From a virus, in IMG/VR virus record IMGVR_UViG_3300045988_062861: DNA of 17,027 bases; one strand, 5' to 3'. The position numbers and the translations under genes are program-made. Under the pieces are notes generated by a model that was given only the letters and a program-made list of their open reading frames with translations, was not told the origin of the DNA and ran no database searches. Each line of letters starts with the position of its first letter. Position 1 is the first letter of the stretch. This document shows positions 8,111 to 15,359 of the stretch, in pieces.

Positions 8111-8398
8111 CTATTCTGTCTTAAACAGACTTTCATATGTTAATGATTTCGGCTCTGGTTCGTCACCGCCTTGATCTTGTTCCGGGTCAGCCTTACCGCT
8201 AAAGCGGTCAGTGTAACGTTTCCGCCATGCTTTGTCGTTTTCCTCATACTTTGTTTTCCAATCTTCACCAGACCTTTCATTCAGATCGGTTAACGTATCG
8301 GAAACATCTTCCAGCATAGCAAGCTGTGTATCGTCTGGTGACTCACCAAAAGAAGCTTTCAGTTCGTCAATAATTTCCTGTCTTGTTCTTACTGCCAT
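8111..8398 (-). CDS. Scaffolding protein (phi29 gp7 position), 95 aa
   Basis: A small, acidic, helix-prone protein directly upstream of the capsid gene. The start is at ATG 8398 (MAVRTRQEII...), with AAGGAGAA 6 nt upstream. The track's 8437 start is a TTG with no SD. Confidence 0.6.
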   Translation of the reverse strand: MAVRTRQEIIDELKASFGESPDDTQLAMLEDVSDTLTDLNERSGEDWKTKYEENDKAWRKRYTDRFSGKADPEQDQGGDEPEPKSLTYESLFKTE

Positions 8399-8409
8399 AA
8401 TTGTTCTCC

Positions 8410-9465
8410 TTAAATGAAATATCTGCACATCATCCAAACAGGCAACTTCTTTTTCTTTTTTATCGGCGGCAACGGTGGAACGTCACCGCCAGACAAGAAA
8501 AGGAAAATCAACAAAGCGTTGTTTAAATTGGCTTCACTTCCGAAAGAAAGAAGTGTGGAACTAGGGTGGTCGTAGGATTCTTCGTTGTACCATGCACCTG
8601 GTTTATCCGAAGCGTGGGTGTTAAAATACTCAAGATATGTGTTTGCGCATGAAATACGATAGGAAAGGGAGGAATCGCTGATACCCTCCCACCCACGCAT
8701 GAACGCTTCGGTCAACATGGAAAGATCGGTACGGGTGCTTGACAAGAATTCCGATAGGTTGTCGAAGTTTGCGGCAACACCGGACGGATACCAGATATTT
8801 TCGTGAATGAAATACGCAAGCTGACCGTTTCCGTCGTTTGAAGCGTATCCATTTTCCTGTAACCAGTTAAGCAACTGTGTGCGTCTGTTCGTCTCGGAGT
8901 TGTCGGTCCATTGTCCTAATCCAAAACCTTGCTTATATCCTAGTTCCCACTGTCCGGGGTTCAGTGTACTTTCCTGCATCCAGTTACCGCAGATTGCCGC
9001 GGCAACATAAGCAGATGCACCAACGCCGGAACCACCAGACCCATACCGAAAGCAACGCGACCAGTTGCTCGGTGATGATTCCGAGGTGTTGATACTAACT
9101 TGCTGTTCGAGTGGCGCATCATCTGTGTGCGCACCCATAGTTCTTCGTCCTTGATAGACCATCTCGGTATGACCGGAGCGCCAGAGAATATCACCCGGTT
9201 TCCAGACATTCGAAACGGGAACTTCGGTAAATCCCATTGATAGCAGAACGGAAATCATATCGGAAGTAGTGAACGGGTGTTTGGAACCGTAAGTCGCAAT
9301 GACGGGGAAAGCACCAGCTAAAAGCGCGTACCAGATAAACGAGGAACAGTCATAGTAGGTGATTCCATTTACGGTTTGCTGTTCCCGGTAAGTCTGTGAA
9401 TAACCGACGTTTGATCGGTTACAGGTAGCAACTGCCCAGGACCATGAAGTGTTGATGTTAGCCAC
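8410..9465 (-). CDS. Virion-associated peptidoglycan hydrolase (gp13-like): N-terminal Amidase_5/NlpC-P60-like cysteine peptidase plus C-terminal phage-tail-lysozyme-like domain
   Basis: GTG start at 9465, with AAGAGGGA 7 nt upstream, overlapping the endolysin stop. The N-terminus carries GYSQ...YYDCSSF...PGDILWRSGHTEMV (Cys/His peptidase signature). The C-terminus carries AAICGNWMQESTLNPGQWE...GFGLGQWT, typical of the phage tail lysozyme family. Confidence 0.75.
   Translation of the reverse strand: MANINTSWSWAVATCNRSNVGYSQTYREQQTVNGITYYDCSSFIWYALLAGAFPVIATYGSKHPFTTSDMISVLLSMGFTEVPVSNVWKPGDILWRSGHTEMVYQGRRTMGAHTDDAPLEQQVSINTSESSPSNWSRCFRYGSGGSGVGASAYVAAAICGNWMQESTLNPGQWELGYKQGFGLGQWTDNSETNRRTQLLNWLQENGYASNDGNGQLAYFIHENIWYPSGVAANFDNLSEFLSSTRTDLSMLTEAFMRGWEGISDSSLSYRISCANTYLEYFNTHASDKPGAWYNEESYDHPSSTLLSFGSEANLNNALLIFLFLSGGDVPPLPPIKKKKKLPVWMMCRYFI
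8455..8461 (-). promoter_or_regulatory. Candidate -1 programmed frameshift heptamer A_AAA_AAG
   Basis: The minus strand reads ccg atA AAA AAG aaa aag aag in the hydrolase frame, so the heptamer is in the correct phase. The -1 frame downstream (gaa aaa gaa gtt gcc tgt ttg gat gat gtg cag ata ttt cat tta agg aga aca att ATG gca...) has no stop and is the scaffold frame. Confidence 0.35.
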
Positions 9466-10138
9466 GAGTTAATCCCTCTTTAGCGATATATCCTGTATAC
9501 GTGCAACCGTCTACAACTGCTTTAACAAGATACCATTCACCAGTGTAATATCCATAGTTTCTAACGCCTGTTCCCGTTGGTAATGTTAAAATAACATGTT
9601 TGTTCATGCCAGCACCAACACGCAAATTATAACGATCATTGGTGTGATACGCTCCGGCAATCTCCCGGTTAAAACTACGTGCTGATTCTGGTTTGATTGG
9701 CGATGATATATTATTCTGAGGTTCATCATTTCCTTTGTAACGATAGTGAACAAGATTACTGTACGGAAGACAGTAATAAGATCGAACGCATATTTCTCTT
9801 CCGGTCTGATCACCTGTCTCGCCATCAATTCCACCGTTCTCCGACTGGCTGGCGTGAACAATATGCGAAGCGTCAGTTGACATCGTAACGTGATGACCAG
9901 CGGCAAGATGAATGTCTCCACGTTTCCATGGAGCATTGCACTTTTTAAACCCACACTTGATAAGCTGTGATTCTAAGTTGCGCGTTGTACTGTATTTACT
10001 GACGGCAAAGCCTGTCTTGCTTAACGCTGTTCCAATAAATGAACTACAGTCATAGTCTGGTCCGTTTCTGTTTACTTGTGAATAGCCATGGCTATCATCG
10101 GCGGCAATCTGTTCCGCCCAGGATACTGTTGTTTCAAT
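9458..10138 (-). CDS. Endolysin: Amidase_5-type cysteine amidase/peptidase plus C-terminal SH3-like wall-binding domain; proposed ATT start
   Basis: The track starts the ORF at ATG 9883. The same frame is open back to a TAA at 10153-10151 and encodes the catalytic N-terminus: IETTVSWAEQIAADDSHGYSQVNRNGPDYDCSSF...NAPWKRGDIHLAAGHHVTMSTDASHIVHAS. This resembles the Pal/Dp-1 Amidase_5 domain (recalled). There is no ATG, GTG, TTG or CTG in that extension. ATT at 10138-10136 overlaps the holin TGA. The C-terminal ~60 aa (YHTNDRYNLRVGAGMN...GEWYLVKA) look SH3-like. Confidence 0.7.
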   Translation of the reverse strand: METTVSWAEQIAADDSHGYSQVNRNGPDYDCSSFIGTALSKTGFAVSKYSTTRNLESQLIKCGFKKCNAPWKRGDIHLAAGHHVTMSTDASHIVHASQSENGGIDGETGDQTGREICVRSYYCLPYSNLVHYRYKGNDEPQNNISSPIKPESARSFNREIAGAYHTNDRYNLRVGAGMNKHVILTLPTGTGVRNYGYYTGEWYLVKAVVDGCTYTGYIAKEGLTRG

Positions 10139-10337
10139 CTTTGGCGTTGTTTACACCTCCTAAATGCACACACAGGTTATTAATTGCCAGCGTATTTGCT
10201 TCGACGCTTTTACAAAGTTCTTCCATCTCTGCTTTGTGAGCTTCTTTTTCTCTAATCATATACCAGAAAAGAGCACCACAACACACGATTGGAAAACCGA
10301 GCGACCCGATAAGCTGTGTGACGGTTGTTACATCCAT
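10134..10337 (-). CDS. Holin, BhlA/UviB-like (67 aa)
   Basis: One N-terminal TM segment (VTQLIGSLGFPIVCCGALFWYMI) is followed by a charged helical tail. It lies directly upstream of the lysin. The start is at ATG 10337 (AAGAGAGG 8 nt upstream) rather than the track's GTG 10346. Confidence 0.65.
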   Translation of the reverse strand: MDVTTVTQLIGSLGFPIVCCGALFWYMIREKEAHKAEMEELCKSVEANTLAINNLCVHLGGVNNAKD

Positions 10338-10372
10338 TTTCTTCACCTCTCTTTCGTAATTTAATCATAACA

Positions 10373-10401
10373 CTTAGGCTTGATTATGTCAAGCTTTTAT
10401 G
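10373..10401 (-). promoter_or_regulatory. Late-operon promoter (sigma-A consensus)
   Basis: On the minus strand: TTGACA (10401-10396), 17-nt spacer, TGt-TATGAT (-10 at 10378-10373), about 30 nt upstream of the holin ATG. Confidence 0.7.
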
Positions 10402-10417
10402 TTATAATATTTTTAGA
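10389..10417 (+). promoter_or_regulatory. Promoter of the packaging ATPase gene
   Basis: TTGATT (10389-94), 17-nt spacer, TGt-TATAAT (-10 at 10412-17), about 45 nt upstream of ATG 10464. Its spacer contains the -35 of the divergent late promoter. Confidence 0.7.
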
Positions 10418-10463
10418 ATCAAAAAGTTCATGATTCAAATAATTGGAAAGGAAGAATGTTTGA

Positions 10464-11501
10464 ATGTCAAAGTATTACGACGGAACGAAGCTTCTTTCGC
10501 TCAAAGACCTTGACGGACAACGACCGGAGATTTATATGGTCACAACAAACCGAACAGGCGGTAAGACTACTTATTTTGGACGATATTCTGTTCGACGTTT
10601 TATAAACTTCAATGAAAAGTTCGCACTACTCTATAGGTATAACTACGAACTGGACAACGTGTCTGACAAATTCTTTAAAGACTTGAAAACTCTGTTCTTT
10701 CCTAGTATGGAAATGACAAGTAAGAGACTTGCTCACGGAATATTTCATGAGTTATATCTGAATGACCGTTCCTGTGGATACGCTATTACATTAAATAGTG
10801 CCGATCAGCTTAAAAGATATTCGCATTTATTTTCTGACGTTGACCGCATTTTATTCGATGAGTTTCAGTCGGAGACAAACCATTATTGTGATAAAGAAGT
10901 AAATAAGTTCCAGAGCATTCACACTTCTATTGCTCGTGGACAGGGAAAACAGACTCGTTATGTTCCTGTATTCATGATGTCAAATCCCGTAACTCTATTA
11001 AATCCATACTACAGTGCTATGAAAATCGGAAGTAGATTACAGTCTAATACTAAATTCCTACGCGGAACTGGATGGGTATTGGAACAAGGTTATGTTGACA
11101 GTGCGGCGAAAGCAATGAAGCAATCTGGTTTTACTAAAGCTTTTGCTGATGATGATTACATGAAGTATTCTTCCGAAGCTGTATATCTGAATGACAATTA
11201 CTCTTTTGTTGAAACCATGCAAGGAAAATGTAAGTATGTTTGCACACTTCGTTATATGGGTAAAGAGTATGGCATTAAGGAATACGTAGAAAAAGGTGTG
11301 GTGTATGTCGATGACAAACCTGACTTAACTTATCCATACAAAATCACAGTTACAACCGACGATCATCAGATCAACTACTTGATGTTACAGAGACACGATA
11401 TGTTCATCATGAATATGCGTTTTCTGTTCAGCAAGGGTGCGTTCCGGTTCAAGAATCTGGAATGCAAAGAAGCAACGCTGGCGGCATTGTCGTACAGATA
11501 A
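10464..11501 (+). CDS. DNA encapsidation ATPase (phi29 gp16-like)
   Basis: Walker A TNRTGGKTT and Walker B RILFDEFQSE are present. VFMMSNPVTLLNPYY, TVTTDDHQINYLML and GAFRFKN parallel gp16 TIVFDEFIRE, CICLSNAVSVVNPYF, TLTTDDLNENMMLI and GYLRFDN (recalled). Confidence 0.88.
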   Translation: MSKYYDGTKLLSLKDLDGQRPEIYMVTTNRTGGKTTYFGRYSVRRFINFNEKFALLYRYNYELDNVSDKFFKDLKTLFFPSMEMTSKRLAHGIFHELYLNDRSCGYAITLNSADQLKRYSHLFSDVDRILFDEFQSETNHYCDKEVNKFQSIHTSIARGQGKQTRYVPVFMMSNPVTLLNPYYSAMKIGSRLQSNTKFLRGTGWVLEQGYVDSAAKAMKQSGFTKAFADDDYMKYSSEAVYLNDNYSFVETMQGKCKYVCTLRYMGKEYGIKEYVEKGVVYVDDKPDLTYPYKITVTTDDHQINYLMLQRHDMFIMNMRFLFSKGAFRFKNLECKEATLAALSYR

Positions 11502-11623
11502 TTATGGTATCTACCATTGTTTCATATCATGATAGGTATGGACGCCCAGTTGAAACTATACTGCCTTACTTATTTACTGCTAGGCAAGCAGGCATGATGC
11601 GTTCATTGGTTAAAGATATATGT

Positions 11624-11668
11624 AAGAAGCGGGGATAACTTACCTAGTAAGTTCCCCGCTTCTTTTTT
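11624..11668. terminator. Terminator hairpin between the convergent ATPase and early transcription units
   Basis: aaGAAGCGGGGA-taacttacctagtaagt-TCCCCGCTTCtt is followed by a T-run on the plus strand. On the minus strand it starts right at the stop of the 77-aa ORF, but the trailing U-tract there is weaker. Confidence 0.75.
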
Positions 11669-11900
11669 AATTACTCTTGAACAGACCTTTCTGGTATACA
11701 CGGATGACAAGCCACCCTCTTAATTTGTCTACCGACATACTCCAGATCAGATATTTTTCTGGTTTCAGTTCGTCGTAGTATCGTATCATTTTTTCACATC
11801 TTCCTTTGAAGATTTCTTTTCCGTTATCGCAGTCTGAAACATCAATAACCATGCAGTAAACAGTAGGTGATATATAGAATCTAAGTTCTTCTAAAGTCAT
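11667..11900 (-). CDS. Hypothetical 77-aa protein, last gene of the early operon
   Basis: ATG at 11900 with GGAGGT 8 nt upstream. I recognise no motif. Confidence 0.55.
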   Translation of the reverse strand: MTLEELRFYISPTVYCMVIDVSDCDNGKEIFKGRCEKMIRYYDELKPEKYLIWSMSVDKLRGWLVIRVYQKGLFKSN

Positions 11901-11972
11901 CACTTTGTACCTCCATCACATTCAATATTTCTGTAATCTCTTACAGATACAAGATTGCCTTTAAATTTTTTC

Positions 11973-13958
11973 TCACCTCATTTTATAGGTTGTTTCACAG
12001 AGCAACACGCCGCCGGGAATACGCTTTGGCATCAGCTTTCCCGGAACAGTCAATCCATAAGTAAAATCAGTTAAGTCTCTGTGAATAGGCTTGTTAGTTT
12101 CATCGAATAAGAAATATTTCTCTTCCTCTTTCCAGTCATCTGGTTTTCCTTGCTTATCTTCCATACTTCTGATGAACAGGTCTTTACACTTTCTAGGCAT
12201 GCCAGCACATTTTACATTATAATAAGGTTCAACTTTCTCACCAACCCATTCGTTGTCTTTCAACTCAAGATCTTCTTCGACTACGTGTTCAATGTATGTT
12301 TTCTGCCGTGTGAAAATAGCACTATCCCATTTACTTTCCAGTTTCCAGCAACAAAATGCTGTGTTGTGTACTTTAATTCCCTGTACTTTTTCTGGTTTCA
12401 AATTGCAATGAATGCTATCTGTATCGGCATAGATAAAACCTGCCTTGCCTACACCATGATAGTTCGCTTGTGCCGCTCTGATCGTAAAGTTACGCGCATA
12501 ACTTGTGATTGCAGAACCGATCGGTATGTAGCCGGGTTGTTTGTCATTCGCTTCTACGCTACGAAATCCTATTGAGTTGTCATCTTTCAGATATGCTACT
12601 TTGAATGAACTGTCCGTGCTACTTGCGAACTTACCGTACAGATTGTTCAAGAAAAGCTTTGCTAACTGACGCTTTGCTCCCTTACTGTTCATTTTAATCT
12701 CCTTGTACTTGTCAATATAGCCGTCAAACAAACCGATCTTTTTCTCAAAATAACAACCGTCTAATATTTGAAAATCCTCTACGTCATAGTGTTCTAAGAA
12801 AAGATTGTAATCTGTCATTGTTAAGGTCAACTCTACAGTTGTTGGAACTTTCTTCATGTTACCATCATAGATGTATCTATGGTATTGACCATTGAGGTAT
12901 ACATCTGAGGTTTCCAGTGCTTCTGTTCCCCTGTACAGAGATGAACCTTTGATCTGGATGAAAGGTAACTTATCTTTCTTGAGATAGAAACGTGTTCGAA
13001 TACGAACGAAGAAATACTTTTCCTGCACATCGTCTGGAATGCCGTTTTGAAAGAATACAGGTAGTCCTACAGGGTAATAGTTACCAGACTCAGAGTGCAT
13101 CATGGAGGGGTACAATGAATTTACGTCAGCAGTTACGCCATTACCATACGGAATACCCGTCTTGCCTTTTACAGCATAACACCAGCCGCCTTTGTATGAC
13201 TTTTTAACATACTCGCCAGCATTAGAAACGCCATATATACTCTTGTCGATCTTGAATTCGTAGAGGTTTGGAAACATCTGTTCCCACTCATATACCGTTT
13301 CATGCTCAAATATGTTTTTATATTCTTCCATGCAACACGAGCCGATCGTAAGCTTGTTATGTCCCTCTGCGAACATGAACTCGATTGCTTCTTTTATGAC
13401 AAGAACGTCGTTCTTAATATACTCGATCTCTTCCGCTGTGATTTCACAACCAGCATATCGCAAGCCTTTGTATTCCATTTCAAGCTTACGGTGCTTTAAC
13501 TTAAACGATTCACCTATTGTCTTGACAGAAAATGGTAACAGCTTTAGTGAGTCACGTAACTCAATGAACTTTCCATTGCCCAATCGTATGGTGATTGAAT
13601 ACCACTGACCTTTGTCACTGATAGAATACTTGAAAGATCGAAAGTTCATATCTTTCTCTTTTAACCAACTTACGCTGTACTGTTCTGACGTATTGACGAT
13701 GAAAGCTTGTTGATAACCTTGTTTGATTAAGTAATCTATCCAGAAAGAACCATCAAATTTTAAGTTATGAAAATAGCAGATTATGTTACACTTGTAGGAT
13801 GCAAGATGTTTAAGACAATCTCCGATGCTATGCGACAAGGTGACTGTCTCTGTGTTTAACTCTACTGTAGCCGCCGCCCACACTTCGGTATCAGTTTGAC
13901 CAGCGTATACGGTCGTTTCAAAATCTCCTACAAAGTAGCGATATTTCCGTTTTCTCAA
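11973..13958 (-). CDS. Protein-primed family-B DNA polymerase (phi29 gp2-like)
   Basis: Motifs readable in the translation: ExoI FVGDFETT, ExoII FHNLKFDGSF, ExoIII YIKNDVLVIKEA, motif A DVNSLYPSMM, motif B KLFLNNLYGKFA, motif C YADTDSIH and KxY RQKTYIE. The only start upstream of ExoI is TTG 13958, 2 nt after the terminal-protein stop, which implies translational coupling. Confidence 0.97.
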   Translation of the reverse strand: MRKRKYRYFVGDFETTVYAGQTDTEVWAAATVELNTETVTLSHSIGDCLKHLASYKCNIICYFHNLKFDGSFWIDYLIKQGYQQAFIVNTSEQYSVSWLKEKDMNFRSFKYSISDKGQWYSITIRLGNGKFIELRDSLKLLPFSVKTIGESFKLKHRKLEMEYKGLRYAGCEITAEEIEYIKNDVLVIKEAIEFMFAEGHNKLTIGSCCMEEYKNIFEHETVYEWEQMFPNLYEFKIDKSIYGVSNAGEYVKKSYKGGWCYAVKGKTGIPYGNGVTADVNSLYPSMMHSESGNYYPVGLPVFFQNGIPDDVQEKYFFVRIRTRFYLKKDKLPFIQIKGSSLYRGTEALETSDVYLNGQYHRYIYDGNMKKVPTTVELTLTMTDYNLFLEHYDVEDFQILDGCYFEKKIGLFDGYIDKYKEIKMNSKGAKRQLAKLFLNNLYGKFASSTDSSFKVAYLKDDNSIGFRSVEANDKQPGYIPIGSAITSYARNFTIRAAQANYHGVGKAGFIYADTDSIHCNLKPEKVQGIKVHNTAFCCWKLESKWDSAIFTRQKTYIEHVVEEDLELKDNEWVGEKVEPYYNVKCAGMPRKCKDLFIRSMEDKQGKPDDWKEEEKYFLFDETNKPIHRDLTDFTYGLTVPGKLMPKRIPGGVLLCETTYKMR

Positions 13959-13960
13959 AG

Positions 13961-14818
13961 TTAATAGTCACTGTCCATCATATCGTCTAAATCTTCGAAA
14001 GAACGCATAGCAGATTCAGACAATGCAAAACCAGAAATATTACTTAAAAGAGCAACTATATGCTGAGCGGATGCCCACACTAAATTAGCGTCGGAATCGT
14101 AGTGAATAACGCCTAGCCATTTCTGAATATCATCCCATTGTTTTGACAACTCTTGACCGACTTTGTTCTTTCCAACTTCTGTAACGTTAAAAGATTGCTG
14201 TAGTTCTTTCGGCAACGTTTTTATTATCCCATACCCTATATCTGCCACAACTTCATCTAACGTCGCTAAAATTTCATCCAGAGCTCTGTTAGCTGTTTCA
14301 GCTACATTCGGACTTCTTCGTACTCTTTTACCTGTAACAGAAGTGTAATAATATACATCCATGGTAGAAATTATTTCTTTTAACTTGTCAACTAAATCGT
14401 TGAAAGCTTCTGCATAAGCCAGCACTGGCTCGTCTGTTACAGGTGTTTTAGTTCCGTCTGTGCTAGTCCAGAACCTCTGTTCTGCTTCTTTCTTTTCTTT
14501 TCTTGTTTTAGCTGCTGCCTTTGCTCTTAACTGACGCTCAAGTTTTAAACCCTCTTTACCAGAAACGATTTCACCAAATGTAGCTTCGCCACCATAAGAA
14601 GCTTTTGAATACAACTCCTCTTTCGTGAGTTTTTTCAACTTTCGAATACTGGCTTCGGTTTTACGCTTCGGAATAGATGGTACAATAGATTCTGGAAAGC
14701 TATATCCACGCTTTTCCGCTCTTCTAACGAATGACTTAACACGATTTCGCTCTTTTGCGTATGCCTTGTTGATAGCTTGCTGTTTTGCTGTTTGTCCCTT
14801 TTTTGTTTTCTTTGCCAC
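13961..14818 (-). CDS. Terminal protein (replication primer), putative
   Basis: 285 aa, immediately upstream of and coupled to the polymerase gene, as phi29 gene 3 is to gene 2. It has a very basic N-terminal third and an acidic C-terminus. GTG start with GAGAGG 8 nt upstream. The call rests on position, size and composition. Confidence 0.6.
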   Translation of the reverse strand: MAKKTKKGQTAKQQAINKAYAKERNRVKSFVRRAEKRGYSFPESIVPSIPKRKTEASIRKLKKLTKEELYSKASYGGEATFGEIVSGKEGLKLERQLRAKAAAKTRKEKKEAEQRFWTSTDGTKTPVTDEPVLAYAEAFNDLVDKLKEIISTMDVYYYTSVTGKRVRRSPNVAETANRALDEILATLDEVVADIGYGIIKTLPKELQQSFNVTEVGKNKVGQELSKQWDDIQKWLGVIHYDSDANLVWASAQHIVALLSNISGFALSESAMRSFEDLDDMMDSDY

Positions 14819-14844
14819 TGTTTTTACCTCTCTTTACTATTGAT

Positions 14845-14884
14845 ACAAGAAAAGGAGGTATCAAACCTCCCTTTCTTGTTTTTT
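14845..14884. terminator. Intra-operon terminator / attenuator between the SSB-like and terminal-protein genes
   Basis: ACAAGAAAAGGAGGT-atcaa-ACCTCCCTTTCTTGT forms a 15-bp stem with one mismatch. On the minus strand the GC core GGGAGGU/ACCUCC is followed by UUUUCUUGU. On the plus strand the full stem is followed by TTTTT. Confidence 0.6.
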
Positions 14885-14888
14885 GCAC

Positions 14889-15242
14889 TTAGTGCTGTAC
14901 ACTGTTATAGTCTAAGCGGCAGTCGATAAAGTCTCGTCCTGCTTTCGTCTTGCCAGACTCTTTAATAATTGCATACTCTTCTTCGCCAAACACATCATGA
15001 ATACGTTCCAGTGATTTACGAAATGTTGCCGACTGGAATGCATATACCTTTCCGCTGGTATCCATGATTGCCGTAATCTCGGCAATAGTACCGTCTTCTT
15101 TTTCGTCCTCGTAGGAACACCAAACTGATACGGGAATTGATGTTCCGTCCGGAACATCTTTCATTGATTCTGCACCTTTATCTACCGTAAGCATATACTG
15201 TTCAATTTTTGTAAGTTCTTTGCTTGCTTTTAATACTTTCAT
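14889..15242 (-). CDS. Single-stranded DNA-binding protein, phi29 p5-like (putative)
   Basis: 117 aa in the gene-5 position. VPDGTSIPVSVWCSY...EITAIMDTSGKVYAFQS...SGKTKAGRDFIDCRL resembles p5 LPDGTIIEANAIAQY...VTTIFAADGSLYSAIS...GTSSKGNVFFSLQL (recalled). AAGGAG SD. Confidence 0.5.
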   Translation of the reverse strand: MKVLKASKELTKIEQYMLTVDKGAESMKDVPDGTSIPVSVWCSYEDEKEDGTIAEITAIMDTSGKVYAFQSATFRKSLERIHDVFGEEEYAIIKESGKTKAGRDFIDCRLDYNSVQH

Positions 15243-15273
15243 TTTTTGTTTTCTCCTTTTTCTTGTTTTTTAT

Positions 15274-15301
15274 GGTGACAGGTGTGGAAAGTCCTGTCAC
15301 C
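15274..15301. other. Intergenic stem-loop between the p6-like and SSB-like genes
   Basis: GGTGACAGG-10 nt-CCTGTCACC. There is no U-tract 3' of it on either strand, so it is not a canonical terminator. It may be an RNA processing or stability element. Confidence 0.4.
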
Positions 15302-15359
15302 TGTTTAAAGACTCTGCTTTCTTGCACGTATGGTTGAATTTACTTTTTATAACCTGCTG

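Noticed and set aside
10134-10150. +1 ribosomal frameshift (AAA-G to AAG) fusing holin to endolysin
   Set aside because: The lysin frame is +1 relative to the holin frame, so this is formally possible. However, a membrane-anchored holin-lysin fusion is unprecedented to my knowledge. The site lacks RF2-type features, and an ATT/TGA overlap explains the data more simply.
10039-10513. Plus-strand ORFs 10039-10239, 10164-10364 and 10325-10513
   Set aside because: They are antisense to the lysin and holin genes or run across the divergent promoter region, and they have no SD. The last one overlaps the ATPase start out of frame.
11554-11560. A third occurrence of the terminal 7-mer gcccagt, downstream of the ATPase gene
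   Set aside because: Only 7 nt match and the flanks are unrelated to the terminus, so this is compatible with chance.
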